Shown: one piece after another, positions 16,896-25,681 of the stretch | Layout of the letters: each line of letters begins with the position of its first letter | Numbering within the stretch: position 1 is the stretch's first letter | Translations under genes and position numbers: made by a program | The notes under the pieces: model-generated | What the model was told of the DNA's origin: nothing | The model's database searches: none | Seen by the model: the letters and a program-made list of their open reading frames with translations, nothing else | Assembly: GCA_965227875.1 (NCBI GenBank) | Contig: OZ245783.1 | Coordinates: 4,978,251-5,042,250 of the forward strand | Origin: Hyphomicrobiales bacterium | GTDB lineage: Bacteria; Pseudomonadota; Alphaproteobacteria; Rhizobiales; JAJFHC01 | Direction: 5' to 3' | Length of the DNA stretch: 64,000 nucleotides

Positions 16896-17770
16896 GCGCA
16901 CAGGAAAACAAGACACATCATGTCACCCCCGAGGAAATCGAGGACGACATCACCGAAACCCAGGAACGTATAGGGCGTCGGGCAGAAGCCCTGCGGGACG
17001 GAATGCGTCCCGGCAACCTGATACAGGAATTTCTGCCCAAGAACGCGTCGCTTTCGGACAGCGTCGACCGCATGATCGATCTCGCACGTGAAAAGCCCCT
17101 CCAGTCGGCGCTCGTTGGCGCAGGCCTGGTATGGCTGCTGGCATCCGACGGCAAGTCGTCGTCGCGCGACAGGCAGAGCGGCTACGACGCTTCCGCCGGG
17201 CGCCGCGTGGGAGACTCTGTCCGAGAGTTCCGCCGGACGGCGGCGGAAACCGCGAGTTCCACGAAGCGCAAGGCCGGCGAACTCGCCGACGCCGCATCGA
17301 GAACCGGGTCGAACATCAGGTCCACGGCGGCCGGAGCCGCCGAGGCGACCGCGGAACGCGCGAGCGAACTTGCCGGCACGACGGTGGACAATATCGGAGA
17401 TGCACCACGCCGCATCGCGGACTTCGGCCGCCGTGGCGGGTCGTGGATGCGGGACAATCCCATACCCGCAGGCCTGATGTGCATAGCCGCCGGTGCGGCA
17501 ATCGCATCCGTCTTCACGGCGCGGAACACCTCAGCGTCGTCGGATCACGAAACCAAGGATGAAAGCGACAAGGTCATGACAGAGGAAAGCAGGAAGCGGA
17601 TCAAGGAAGAAGACGGTAACGCGGTTCTGGCGGACATTAACGATCAGCCGGAAGACCGGGCGAAGAAGGACAGCTCCTCCGGATCCCGCCCCTCTTCGGT
17701 GTTGGCCGAGCTGAACGAATCCAGCCGCGCCAAGCCATCCACGTCCAGGAAGCTGTCGGGCAAATCCTGA
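16892..17770 (+). CDS. DUF3618-like protein
   Basis: N-terminal TPEEIEDDITETQERIGRRAEAL signature. ATGA overlap with the preceding gene. Confidence 0.65.
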   Translation: MSAQENKTHHVTPEEIEDDITETQERIGRRAEALRDGMRPGNLIQEFLPKNASLSDSVDRMIDLAREKPLQSALVGAGLVWLLASDGKSSSRDRQSGYDASAGRRVGDSVREFRRTAAETASSTKRKAGELADAASRTGSNIRSTAAGAAEATAERASELAGTTVDNIGDAPRRIADFGRRGGSWMRDNPIPAGLMCIAAGAAIASVFTARNTSASSDHETKDESDKVMTEESRKRIKEEDGNAVLADINDQPEDRAKKDSSSGSRPSSVLAELNESSRAKPSTSRKLSGKS

Positions 17771-17785
17771 CCATACCGACTGTAT

Positions 17786-17822
17786 GCCGGCCCGACCTCT
17801 CATGGACGGGCCGGCTTTTTTG
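17786..17822 (+). terminator. Rho-independent terminator
   Basis: gccggcccg...cgggccggc followed by TTTTTTGT. Confidence 0.75.
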
Positions 17823-17845
17823 TGTCTACAGAGAACGGATAACCG

Positions 17846-18805
17846 ATGACCGAAACGCCCACGTCGCGATATGCGAGCCGCCCGTCCGAAATCCAGCGGG
17901 ACGACTGGAAATCGGCGGCATCGACGGCGCTGTTCAACGTGCTCGACGAGAACATCAGTCTGCGCTGCGCCGGCGTGGCCTTCTTCGGAGTCCTTTCGCT
18001 GTTCCCGGCCCTTGGCGTCGCCGTGCTGTTGATCGGGTTGATCGCGGACCTGGCGACACTGCAGCAGAACCTTGCCGCATTAAGCTCCTTCATGCCCGCA
18101 TCCGTCTACGACATGCTTTACGACCAGGTCACGACGGTCGGGAAAGCATCCGACACCAGCCTCGGGATCGGACTTGTCTTCACGTTGGCTCTCGGCCTGT
18201 GGAGTGGATCCCGCGGCATCAACGCCCTGATCTCACTGGTCGGGGTTACCTACAAGGAAGACAACGGCCGCGGCATGATCATGAGCGCCGTCGTCTCGAT
18301 CCTGTTTCTCCTCGGCGCCTCGTTTTTCACGATGGCCCTGCTCGCGGCCATAGCCGCGACCCCCATCGTTCTCGATCTCCTGCCGGGCTCCACCTGGCTG
18401 GCCCTGCTGATCAGCATTCTGCGCTGGCCTGCCATCGCACTGTGTGTCTTTGCGGCGATCGCCTGCCTCTACAAGTACGCGCCGCATCGCCGCTCCGCCC
18501 AGTGGCGCTGGGTGGCACCGGGCGCCATCGCGTCAGCGTCCCTGTGGCTGGTCGCCTCCGCGCTCTTCTCTCTCTATGTCGACCAGTACGCTGACTACAA
18601 CGCTACGTTCGGCTCGATCGCAACGGCCGTCGTCCTGCTGCTCTGGTTCTACTATTCCGTGATGACCATCGCCTTCGGGGCGGAACTCAATGCGCAGCTC
18701 GAACTCCGGACCCGCCGCGATTCCACAGTCGGGCCGTCCAGACCAATGGGCGAACGGGGCGCATACGTGGCCGACAACATGAGCTCGGCGACAAGCAGAT
18801 CCTGA
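17846..18805 (+). CDS. YihY/BrkB family membrane protein
   Basis: LRCAGVAFFGVLSLFPAL, six TM helices, and YSVMTIAFGAELNAQL. Confidence 0.88.
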   Translation: MTETPTSRYASRPSEIQRDDWKSAASTALFNVLDENISLRCAGVAFFGVLSLFPALGVAVLLIGLIADLATLQQNLAALSSFMPASVYDMLYDQVTTVGKASDTSLGIGLVFTLALGLWSGSRGINALISLVGVTYKEDNGRGMIMSAVVSILFLLGASFFTMALLAAIAATPIVLDLLPGSTWLALLISILRWPAIALCVFAAIACLYKYAPHRRSAQWRWVAPGAIASASLWLVASALFSLYVDQYADYNATFGSIATAVVLLLWFYYSVMTIAFGAELNAQLELRTRRDSTVGPSRPMGERGAYVADNMSSATSRS

Positions 18806-18952
18806 TCGAGGACACCAGTGGACCCGTCGACTATCGCACGACGGGTTTGCTGGCAACGCCCGCCGCAAGGGGGCGATCCACGATACTCGACACTGCCATC
18901 TCCAATCTGAATACCGGTTGGAACCGGTTCTCCCCGCAGGAACCACGCGACC

Positions 18953-18985
18953 AAAAAAACCCGGTGCCGTGAAAGCACCGGGTTT
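18953..18985 (-). terminator. Rho-independent terminator (bidirectional-looking)
   Basis: aacccggtgc-cgtgaaa-gcaccgggtt, with T7 on the minus strand and TTTCAGTTT on the plus strand. Confidence 0.7.
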
Positions 18986-19017
18986 CAGTTTGGTCTGCAA
19001 GTTTCGAGCGAAGCCTA

Positions 19018-19473
19018 TCAGCCGCGGTAGCCGTACATTTCAAGTACCGCATCGGCGTGGGTCGAACACTTGTCTTCGTTGCCGTTCCTGAGGGCCTGTT
19101 TCGCCATGTCGAGCTGCTTCTTGGCTTTCACTTCATCGACGCGCGGCGTCAGATCAGCGGGGCGGTTCGACTGCTTGAAACCGGCGAGCGGATCGGTGCC
19201 CGCAGACGACTGTCCCGTCTCGGGAACCGCAGCCTTGTCGCCGGCCGTCAGTTTTTCGCTGTTCTTGACGCCGGCCTTCAGGTCGACTTCGGCCGTTGCG
19301 GGCGGGTTCGGATCGGTTTTCGTTTCCTTGCGCTCGCCACCGGCCATGGCGTTGTCATTCATCATAAGCTTGGCTTCGAGAGCGTTGACCTTCTCTTCGC
19401 AGGTGAACGCGGCTGCCGGAGCGGCCATTGCAAAGGACGCTGCTACGGACAGGGCCAATACGGAAATACGCAT
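19018..19473 (-). CDS. Exported protein of unknown family
   Basis: Signal peptide MRISVLALSVAASFAMAAPAAA. AAGGAG RBS. Cys residues near both ends. Confidence 0.7.
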   Translation of the reverse strand: MRISVLALSVAASFAMAAPAAAFTCEEKVNALEAKLMMNDNAMAGGERKETKTDPNPPATAEVDLKAGVKNSEKLTAGDKAAVPETGQSSAGTDPLAGFKQSNRPADLTPRVDEVKAKKQLDMAKQALRNGNEDKCSTHADAVLEMYGYRG

Positions 19474-19552
19474 AAAAAAACTCCTTGGTCTTGGTGTGAA
19501 GCCGGTTTCCGGACACCTTCATGGCAAACGGAATTGCCGGCTCTGCAGAACC

Positions 19553-19577
19553 AACGGCTGTCCCATGGCGAAGTTCC
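19553..19577 (-). promoter_or_regulatory. EcfG-type promoter, GGAAC-N16-CGTT (perfect)
   Basis: Plus strand reads AACG (19553-19556), 16 nt, GTTCC (19573-19577). It lies 80 nt upstream of the ATG at 19473. Confidence 0.7.
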
Positions 19578-19801
19578 TGAATCACAGGAAAATCAAACAA
19601 TTGCCACGATTGGGACGCCGTTCCCCTCAGGATCACGATTCGGACGGCGGCCTGCCGGCAGCCGCGATGGCCCACAAGAAAACCGGATGCAGAGCACTGC
19701 ATCCGGTTCCTGAGGTACGGCCACCCCTTCACGAGGTGGACCTGATTGCGGGTCGCGTGTTTCCTGTCAGTCTTCACAGGAAACGCGTCGGGGAAAGGCC
19801 G

Positions 19802-20002
19802 TTACTGGATCGTACGCGCCCACTCGTTGACTTCACGCTCGACATCGTCCTTCGCCATGCCATAGCGTTCCTGGATGCGGCCGACGAGCTGTTCGCGGTT
19901 TCCTTCGATCTGGTCGACCTCGTCATTGGTCAGCTTGCCCCATTTCTCCTGGACCTGGCCGGTAAGCTGACTCCATTTTCCTTCGATGATGTCCCAGTTC
20001 AT
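19802..20002 (-). CDS. csbD: CsbD-family general stress protein
   Basis: Internal M32: [56 protein letters not shown]. Confidence 0.88.
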   Translation of the reverse strand: MNWDIIEGKWSQLTGQVQEKWGKLTNDEVDQIEGNREQLVGRIQERYGMAKDDVEREVNEWARTIQ

Positions 20003-20035
20003 TTTCTGAACTCCTGTGGTTGTCGATGCCGGAAC

Positions 20036-20061
20036 AACGCGGGCGATGGCCGAAGAGTTCC
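20036..20061 (-). promoter_or_regulatory. EcfG-type promoter, GGAAC-N17-CGTT (perfect)
   Basis: Plus strand reads AACG (20036-20039), 17 nt, GTTCC (20057-20061). It lies 34 nt upstream of the csbD ATG. Confidence 0.75.
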
Positions 20062-20168
20062 GTGAACCCGGTCTGCAATCGGATAAGTGTTCCATTGGTC
20101 GAAAACGGGATTGTTAAACAGCGTCCTGGTCGTTGTAGAATGCGCTGTATCGGGAGATTACGTTCTTC

Positions 20169-20963
20169 ATGCGATGGACGGGCATGGAGACAGGGGGTAT
20201 CTCATTGGCCGACATCAGGAATGCCATGACGGGATTGCGCCCGGATGAGACGCGCAGCGCGCTCGTCCGCAAACTCGGCGCCATGGTCCTCCTCACCGAG
20301 GAGGAAATAGAGTTTATCGAAGGCCTTCAGAACAACGTCATGCAGCTGCCACGCGGCGAAGTCTTCATCGCAGACGGCGAACCGTTCACGGCTTCGTTTG
20401 TGATCAGATCGGGTTGGGCGGTGCGGTACTGCGAACTGAGCGACGGACGGCGACAGATCCTCAGCTTCGCCCTCCCGGGCGACTTCCTCGGGCTTCACGT
20501 GAATTTCAGACGCCGTGCGAACTACGCCGCGATGACCCTGGGTGAAGCCGAGATCGCCGCCATAGAACCGACGCGGCTGCTTGAGATGTCACAGAGATTT
20601 CCCATTCTGTCGGCGGGCCTCAGCTGGTCGACGGCACGCGAATTCTCGATCCTGGGCGACCAGGCCATCCGGCTCGGTCGCATGACGTCCTTCGAACGTC
20701 TCGGCCACCTGCTCCTGGAGCTTTGGCACAGGCTCGAACTGGTGGGAATGAACCGGGGTCCGGCGTTCGATTTTCCGGTGACGCAACAGGTGCTCGCCGA
20801 CACGCTAGGCCTGAGCATCGTACACCTCAACAGGCAGTTGAAGCGGCTCAGCCGGGAGGGCCTAATCGAGTACAACCGGAACTCGGTACGCCTTCTGGAC
20901 ATACCAAGACTGGAAGCGCTGACCGAATTCAACCCCGACCGGCTCGACCGTTTCGCCGTGTGA
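20169..20963 (+). CDS. Crp/Fnr-family transcriptional regulator
   Basis: cNMP-binding-like beta-barrel plus a C-terminal HTH (TQQVLADTLGLSIVHLNRQLKRLSREGLI). Confidence 0.85.
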   Translation: MRWTGMETGGISLADIRNAMTGLRPDETRSALVRKLGAMVLLTEEEIEFIEGLQNNVMQLPRGEVFIADGEPFTASFVIRSGWAVRYCELSDGRRQILSFALPGDFLGLHVNFRRRANYAAMTLGEAEIAAIEPTRLLEMSQRFPILSAGLSWSTAREFSILGDQAIRLGRMTSFERLGHLLLELWHRLELVGMNRGPAFDFPVTQQVLADTLGLSIVHLNRQLKRLSREGLIEYNRNSVRLLDIPRLEALTEFNPDRLDRFAV

Positions 20964-20994
20964 CGAAGCGGCAAACTTCAAGCAACTGCCGACG

Positions 20995-21156
20995 TCAGCG
21001 CCGCGCGATGATCCAGATCGCATGAACGATGCCGGGAATATACCCGAGGATCGTCAACAGGATGTTCAGCCAGAAATGAAGGCCGATCCCGACCTGGAGA
21101 AACACGCCAAGCGGCGGCAGAAGTATCGAAAGCAGTACCCTGATCAAGTCCATCAT
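20995..21156 (-). CDS. Pmp3/YqaE (UPF0057) stress proteolipid, 53 aa
   Basis: Not in the track. Manual translation gives MMDLIRVLLSILLPPLGVFLQVGIGLHFWLNILLTILGYIPGIVHAIWIIARR. Confidence 0.8.
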   Translation of the reverse strand: MMDLIRVLLSILLPPLGVFLQVGIGLHFWLNILLTILGYIPGIVHAIWIIARR

Positions 21157-21200
21157 GTTGGCCTTTCCGGTCGGATTTGAAAACGACTGTCAGCACCACA

Positions 21201-21225
21201 AACGCACACGTGTCGCATTGGTTCC
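21201..21225 (-). promoter_or_regulatory. EcfG-type promoter, GGAAC-N16-CGTT (perfect)
   Basis: Plus strand reads AACG (21201-21204), 16 nt, GTTCC (21221-21225). It lies 45 nt upstream of the pmp3-like ATG. Confidence 0.75.
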
Positions 21226-21284
21226 CGCAATGGTCAGTTTTGCGCAGGGACATGCCGTCCTCACCTCCCGGCGGGCAGGTGCGA

Positions 21285-21309
21285 GGAACAATTCCTGGCC
21301 GCAAGCGTT
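21285..21309 (+). promoter_or_regulatory. EcfG-type promoter, GGAAC-N16-CGTT (perfect)
   Basis: GGAAC at 21285-21289 and CGTT at 21306-21309, 31 nt upstream of the ATG at 21341. Confidence 0.75.
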
Positions 21310-21340
21310 GTAGGGGGACAATCAACACGGAGTTCTCCAG

Positions 21341-21823
21341 ATGACACGAACCATGTATGCGATCTACACCGCACTGTTCGTCGCGGGCCTTGTGATCGGC
21401 GCAAGCGCGCCGCCGGCGTTCGCGTCGCCCCGGATCGAGGTCGGCGTGCTCAATTGTACCGTATCGGGAGGTACGGGCTTTATCGTCGGGTCGACCAAGA
21501 GCCTCGACTGCACTTTCAAGCGTCCCGGACAGAACGAAACCTACCAGGGCACAATCAAGAAATTCGGCGTCGACATCGGCACGACGAGCAAGTCCTACAT
21601 CTCTTGGGCTGTCTTCGCGCCAACGAAAGACGTGCCGCCCGGCGCCCTTTCGGGGTCTTACGGCGGCCTGACCGCCGAAGCGACCGCCGGTGTGGGCCTT
21701 GGGGCAAACGCTCTTATCGGCGGTTCGTCGGAATCGCTGGCGCTCCAGCCGTTGAGCGTGCAGGCCCAGCAGGGACTGAACGTTGCCGTCGGCATCGCCT
21801 CCCTGGAGCTTTCGCTCAAATAG
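21341..21823 (+). CDS. DUF992-like exported protein
   Basis: Signal peptide, then IEVGVLNCTVSGGTGFIVGSTKSLDCTF...LTAEATAGVGLGANALIGGS...LQPLSVQAQQGLNVAVGIASLEL. Confidence 0.8.
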   Translation: MTRTMYAIYTALFVAGLVIGASAPPAFASPRIEVGVLNCTVSGGTGFIVGSTKSLDCTFKRPGQNETYQGTIKKFGVDIGTTSKSYISWAVFAPTKDVPPGALSGSYGGLTAEATAGVGLGANALIGGSSESLALQPLSVQAQQGLNVAVGIASLELSLK

Positions 21824-21875
21824 TGATCACCTGATCGAGATTGGTTACCAGGTGTAGAAATCCCTGGTCGCTATA

Positions 21876-21909
21876 ATGGCCCGGCTGCCGACAGGGGCAG
21901 CCGGGCCAT
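21876..21909 (+). terminator. Strong hairpin without a clear U-tract
   Basis: atggcccggctgcc-gacagg-ggcagccgggccat. Confidence 0.4.
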
Positions 21910-21934
21910 GATCGTTTAAAGCCGGAGGTCACGG

Positions 21935-23284
21935 GTGAACATATCGGTCAGACAAATCCTTCAGGACCTGAAGACGAGCTTCTTCGTTTATCCGGCCATC
22001 CTCGTCATCTCCGCAATCGGGCTCTCGTATCTCGTCGTCAGCTTTGACGAAACGAGCCGCGGCGCGGCGGTCGCGCAGTGGCTTCCCATGCCAAAGATGC
22101 AGGTGGACGGTGCGCGGTCCATCGTCGTCACGATCGCCAGCGGCATGATCACTGTCGCGGCTCTGGTTTTTTCGCTCACTTTCGTCGCGATTTCGCAGCT
22201 TTCCCAGCAACTTGGGCCCCGGATCCTGCTGTCCTTCATGAAGGATGCGGTGACGAAGACCACGCTCGGCGTGTTCCTGGCGATTTTCGTCTACGCACTT
22301 CTCGTCCTCAGCACGATCGGCTCGGGAGAGAACTGGGACTTCGTACCCCTCCTCTCGGTCTACCTCGCCTGCATGCTGGCCGTCGTCGCCTTCGGCTTCA
22401 TGGTGTTCTTCGTCCATCATATCGCGAGGACGATGCAGGCCGATGTCGTCGTGGCCGGCCTCGGAGAGGACCTCGCCGGCGCTTTCGACCGCCTCGTCCG
22501 CGCCTCGCAAAGGAACGGCAGCGAATTCAGCGCCAAGGCCTCTGAAAAGGCGCACGCGGAGATCGTCGGGAGGATAAGAGATGGCGCGCACCTGGCCATC
22601 GACTCTCCCGCTACCGGCTACATTCAGGTCATCGACCTGCACGAGGCGGCCAGGATCGCACGGGATGGCGACATGGAGATCGCCTTTCTTCATCGGCCGG
22701 GGCATTTCGTGCTCGCCGGCTCCGCCGTGGCGGTGGCGACGATGCGGCCGCGTGACGGGCAGGACGATCGTCCGGACGATGACGAACTGTGCGACCAGCT
22801 CCGGGCCACGTTCGCCGTCGGTGAGCTGCGCACTCCGGCGCAGGAGGCCGAGTTCGAGACGAATGCGCTCATCGAGGTTGCCTTGCGCGCCCTGTCACCC
22901 GGGGTAAACGATCCGTTCACCGCCATTGCGTGCATCGACCAGCTGACCGGCGGTCTGTCGCGCCTCATCGGCACCGACACACTGCCGTTTGTGCTGCACG
23001 ACGAGGACGGCAACCCGCGCGTCTTTCCTTATCCGCAGGACTTCGCGCATTTCATCAAGACGGCCTTCCATCCGCTACGGGATGCTGCCAAGTCGAACCC
23101 CCTCGTGCTCATTCATCTTACCGGCGCCCTGCTTCTCCTCCACAGGCAGGCCGGAGAAGGAGAGCGCAGACCGATCGCCGCGCATGCGGAGGATCTCTGG
23201 AAGGACGCCCAGGCCCACATCGGGAACGCGACCGATCTCGATCTCGTGCACCGGCGCCTGACGCCAATTCTCGGACAGGACTGA
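21935..23284 (+). CDS. DUF2254-like membrane protein
   Basis: GTG start with a GGAGG RBS. Four N-terminal TM helices and a soluble C-terminal domain. Confidence 0.7.
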   Translation: MNISVRQILQDLKTSFFVYPAILVISAIGLSYLVVSFDETSRGAAVAQWLPMPKMQVDGARSIVVTIASGMITVAALVFSLTFVAISQLSQQLGPRILLSFMKDAVTKTTLGVFLAIFVYALLVLSTIGSGENWDFVPLLSVYLACMLAVVAFGFMVFFVHHIARTMQADVVVAGLGEDLAGAFDRLVRASQRNGSEFSAKASEKAHAEIVGRIRDGAHLAIDSPATGYIQVIDLHEAARIARDGDMEIAFLHRPGHFVLAGSAVAVATMRPRDGQDDRPDDDELCDQLRATFAVGELRTPAQEAEFETNALIEVALRALSPGVNDPFTAIACIDQLTGGLSRLIGTDTLPFVLHDEDGNPRVFPYPQDFAHFIKTAFHPLRDAAKSNPLVLIHLTGALLLLHRQAGEGERRPIAAHAEDLWKDAQAHIGNATDLDLVHRRLTPILGQD

Positions 23285-23332
23285 ACCGACCGTCAAACGT
23301 GCGGAACTGCGAAGTCGGAAAGCGTTTACCTG

Positions 23333-24052
23333 TTAGCCTGCTTCCAGGCTCAGGACCGGACTTGCCTCGACCGCCTGCTTGCGGCGTGCCGCGCAGGCAT
23401 CGACGAATGCGCGAAACAGGCGCTGGTTCGACCGGGAAAATGGCAGCAATTCCGGATGCCACTGCACGCCCACCAGGAAAATGTCTCCGGCGAACTCGAG
23501 CCCCTGGACGATATCGTACTCATCGCGCGCGACAACCTTGAGCCCCTCTCCCACCCGGTCGACGGACTGGTGATGAAGCGCGTTCACGCGGCAGGGGTTG
23601 CAGCCCATGATCGAGCCAAGCCGGCTGTCTTCCGCGATCGTTATGGTTTTGCGCGGCAGGACCGTTCGCACCCGGCGCGCATGCCTGTAGGCGGTGTAGA
23701 TGTCGTTGTGGAGAGATCCACCCCGCGTGACGTTGATCATTTGCGAACCGCGGCATATGCCGAGGACCGGCAGGTACTTGCGATACGCTTCGGCAAGGAG
23801 CTCCTTCTCGAGTTCATCCCGCTCCCGGTCGATGCGGACGGCCGGTTCGATCGTTCCGCCATAAAGGTCCGCGGAAATGTCGTCGCCACCTCCGACCACG
23901 AGACCGTCGAGGCGATTGAAATCGACAGGTTTCTTGGCGGTGATGCGGACCGCCTTGCCGCCGGCGCGAAAGATCGCAAGCCAGTGGAAGGGCCATATGC
24001 GCCAGCTGCCGCGGGCGGAGAGCGTTACACCGATGACGGGTTTCCTGCTCAT
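23333..24052 (-). CDS. Class I glutamine amidotransferase-like / peptidase C26 (PuuD-type gamma-glutamyl hydrolase family)
   Basis: Internal M28. Motifs LGICRGSQMINV (nucleophile Cys), HHQSV and VQWHPE. ATGA overlap with the upstream gene. Confidence 0.85.
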   Translation of the reverse strand: MSRKPVIGVTLSARGSWRIWPFHWLAIFRAGGKAVRITAKKPVDFNRLDGLVVGGGDDISADLYGGTIEPAVRIDRERDELEKELLAEAYRKYLPVLGICRGSQMINVTRGGSLHNDIYTAYRHARRVRTVLPRKTITIAEDSRLGSIMGCNPCRVNALHHQSVDRVGEGLKVVARDEYDIVQGLEFAGDIFLVGVQWHPELLPFSRSNQRLFRAFVDACAARRKQAVEASPVLSLEAG

Positions 24053-25041
24053 GACATCATGATCCGCATGTAGGTTGCCTTCCATTCCGCTTTCGAGATC
24101 TCGCCGCGCGCACGCCACCGCCACGCCTTGCAAACGTCGTCAAACCGGGCATCGTCGTCGGCCAGGCGTTCGATCGCCACCCAGAGATTCCAGTCCCTTG
24201 CGACCGACCATCCCTCGACGCCGATCCTGCTGTCAGGCAGGCGGTAGTGGAACGCTGGACGAGACGCACCATGCGCCTCGCCGGAGAGTCGCGAGACAAG
24301 GTCCTCGTCGATGTGACGGAAGAGCGGCAGGAGGTCGAGGTCGTGGTTTCTCGACGGATTCTCACGCACGTAATCGGTGATCAGCCGCGTCATTTCGGGC
24401 TGGTAGGACGGGTCCATGATGCGCTCGCGCCACGAAGTGTGGTGCGGCCGGGCCCATCTGAGTGCGCGGCGTCCCCAGTCAGGATTGATTTCCTCGCGCA
24501 ACCAATCGTTGGCGGCGCTGAAAGCCCTGATCAAACGTAGTAACGGCGGCACCTCGAGCGACGCGGCCTCCGGGTTGAGATGAAGACCGAACGCATAGAG
24601 CGGCGAGTCCGCCGTTCCCTCCGCGCCGGCGGCCGCCAGACACTCGACGAGCCGGTCGGTTTCTCCAAGCCGGCTGATTGCAATCGGTTCCGTTATGACT
24701 TCCTGCGGGACGACCGCACCGGCAAAGTCGCCGAGAATCTCGCGGCCCCATTTGGACGTGTCCGGTTCGTCGTTCTTGGCAGGGTGTGCGTACCGCAGGT
24801 CCAGTTCGACCTTTATGTCGCCAATCGCCGATCCCTCGACCGTGAAGGCATGAGCACTCTGCTGGGATATGCCGCCGCCGAGAGCGTTCTGGATGCGCGT
24901 GGCCGCCGTCCTGGTGTCAATGCCGCCGAACTCGATCTCGACGCCAACGCGCCGTTCCGTCCCGTCTGCTGTCTCGAGTTGCGGTGGACGGTCATAATCC
25001 GGAAGCGGGACGTGTTCATGGCGGTCTGCAATTGCCTGCAC
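24049..25041 (-). CDS. Amidoligase_2-type (glutamine-synthetase-like) putative amidoligase
   Basis: RRVGVEIEFGG start of the fold, G..LHLNPEA, ~330 aa. Family recognition is by eye only. Confidence 0.65.
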   Translation of the reverse strand: MQAIADRHEHVPLPDYDRPPQLETADGTERRVGVEIEFGGIDTRTAATRIQNALGGGISQQSAHAFTVEGSAIGDIKVELDLRYAHPAKNDEPDTSKWGREILGDFAGAVVPQEVITEPIAISRLGETDRLVECLAAAGAEGTADSPLYAFGLHLNPEAASLEVPPLLRLIRAFSAANDWLREEINPDWGRRALRWARPHHTSWRERIMDPSYQPEMTRLITDYVRENPSRNHDLDLLPLFRHIDEDLVSRLSGEAHGASRPAFHYRLPDSRIGVEGWSVARDWNLWVAIERLADDDARFDDVCKAWRWRARGEISKAEWKATYMRIMMS

Positions 25042-25137
25042 TGTCGTTCACCGAGTTTTCTGAAGTGGACCCTACGGGGGGGCAACGCACCAGGGCGGAA
25101 AAGGATGCAAAAAGGCGGTGAAAAAACTGGGTTCTGC

Positions 25138-25162
25138 GGAACAACACGGCGGGCTTCGCGTT
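25138..25162 (+). promoter_or_regulatory. EcfG-type promoter, GGAAC-N16-CGTT (perfect)
   Basis: GGAAC at 25138-25142 and CGTT at 25159-25162, 33 nt upstream of the ATG at 25196. Confidence 0.75.
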
Positions 25163-25195
25163 TAACGAACAGGAAATCATCGGATTGGACACGCC

Positions 25196-25645
25196 ATGCC
25201 GGCACACAGCACCGAAATCCTCAACAGGACAATCCGGCTCCTCATCGACAGCCACCTCGCCTACCTGAAGGCCCTCGAAATGTCGGATGACGATCACCGT
25301 CTCGTCGAAGCCTTTCGCAATCGTTCCGCGGAACGGCAGAAACTGATCGCGGAACTTCAGGGTCTTGTTCGCGCAAGCAACGAAACCCCGGCGGAAGAAG
25401 GCAGCGCCATCGGCACCCCCAACCGCGGCTTCGAGGATTTTCTCGACTTGTTTCGCGATAACGAAAAGGCTGCACTGGAGAACCTCAAACAAGGCGAAGA
25501 GGACGTTGCAGCGAAGATCGAGGAGGAACTCGGCAACGCGGAACTGACCGACGAGGAAAGAAGGCTGATGGAGCGCGCGGTGCGGGCCGCCCGTGAAGGC
25601 AGCGAGTTCGTCGATCACCGGCTGGCCGCGGTCCAGACCGCGTAG
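25196..25645 (+). CDS. PA2169/DUF2383-like four-helix-bundle (ferritin-like) protein
   Basis: ILNRTIRLLIDSHLAYLKALE...GSAIG...NLKQGEEDV spacing pattern, ~150 aa. Confidence 0.6.
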   Translation: MPAHSTEILNRTIRLLIDSHLAYLKALEMSDDDHRLVEAFRNRSAERQKLIAELQGLVRASNETPAEEGSAIGTPNRGFEDFLDLFRDNEKAALENLKQGEEDVAAKIEEELGNAELTDEERRLMERAVRAAREGSEFVDHRLAAVQTA

Positions 25646-25681
25646 GACCGTTCCAGCGGACATTTCAGCCAAGACACTTCG

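Noticed and set aside
18914-18927. CCGGTTGGAACCGG inverted repeat containing GGAAC
   Set aside because: No CGTT follows at the right spacing. The 2-nt loop makes a hairpin unlikely. It sits between convergent genes and I could assign no function.
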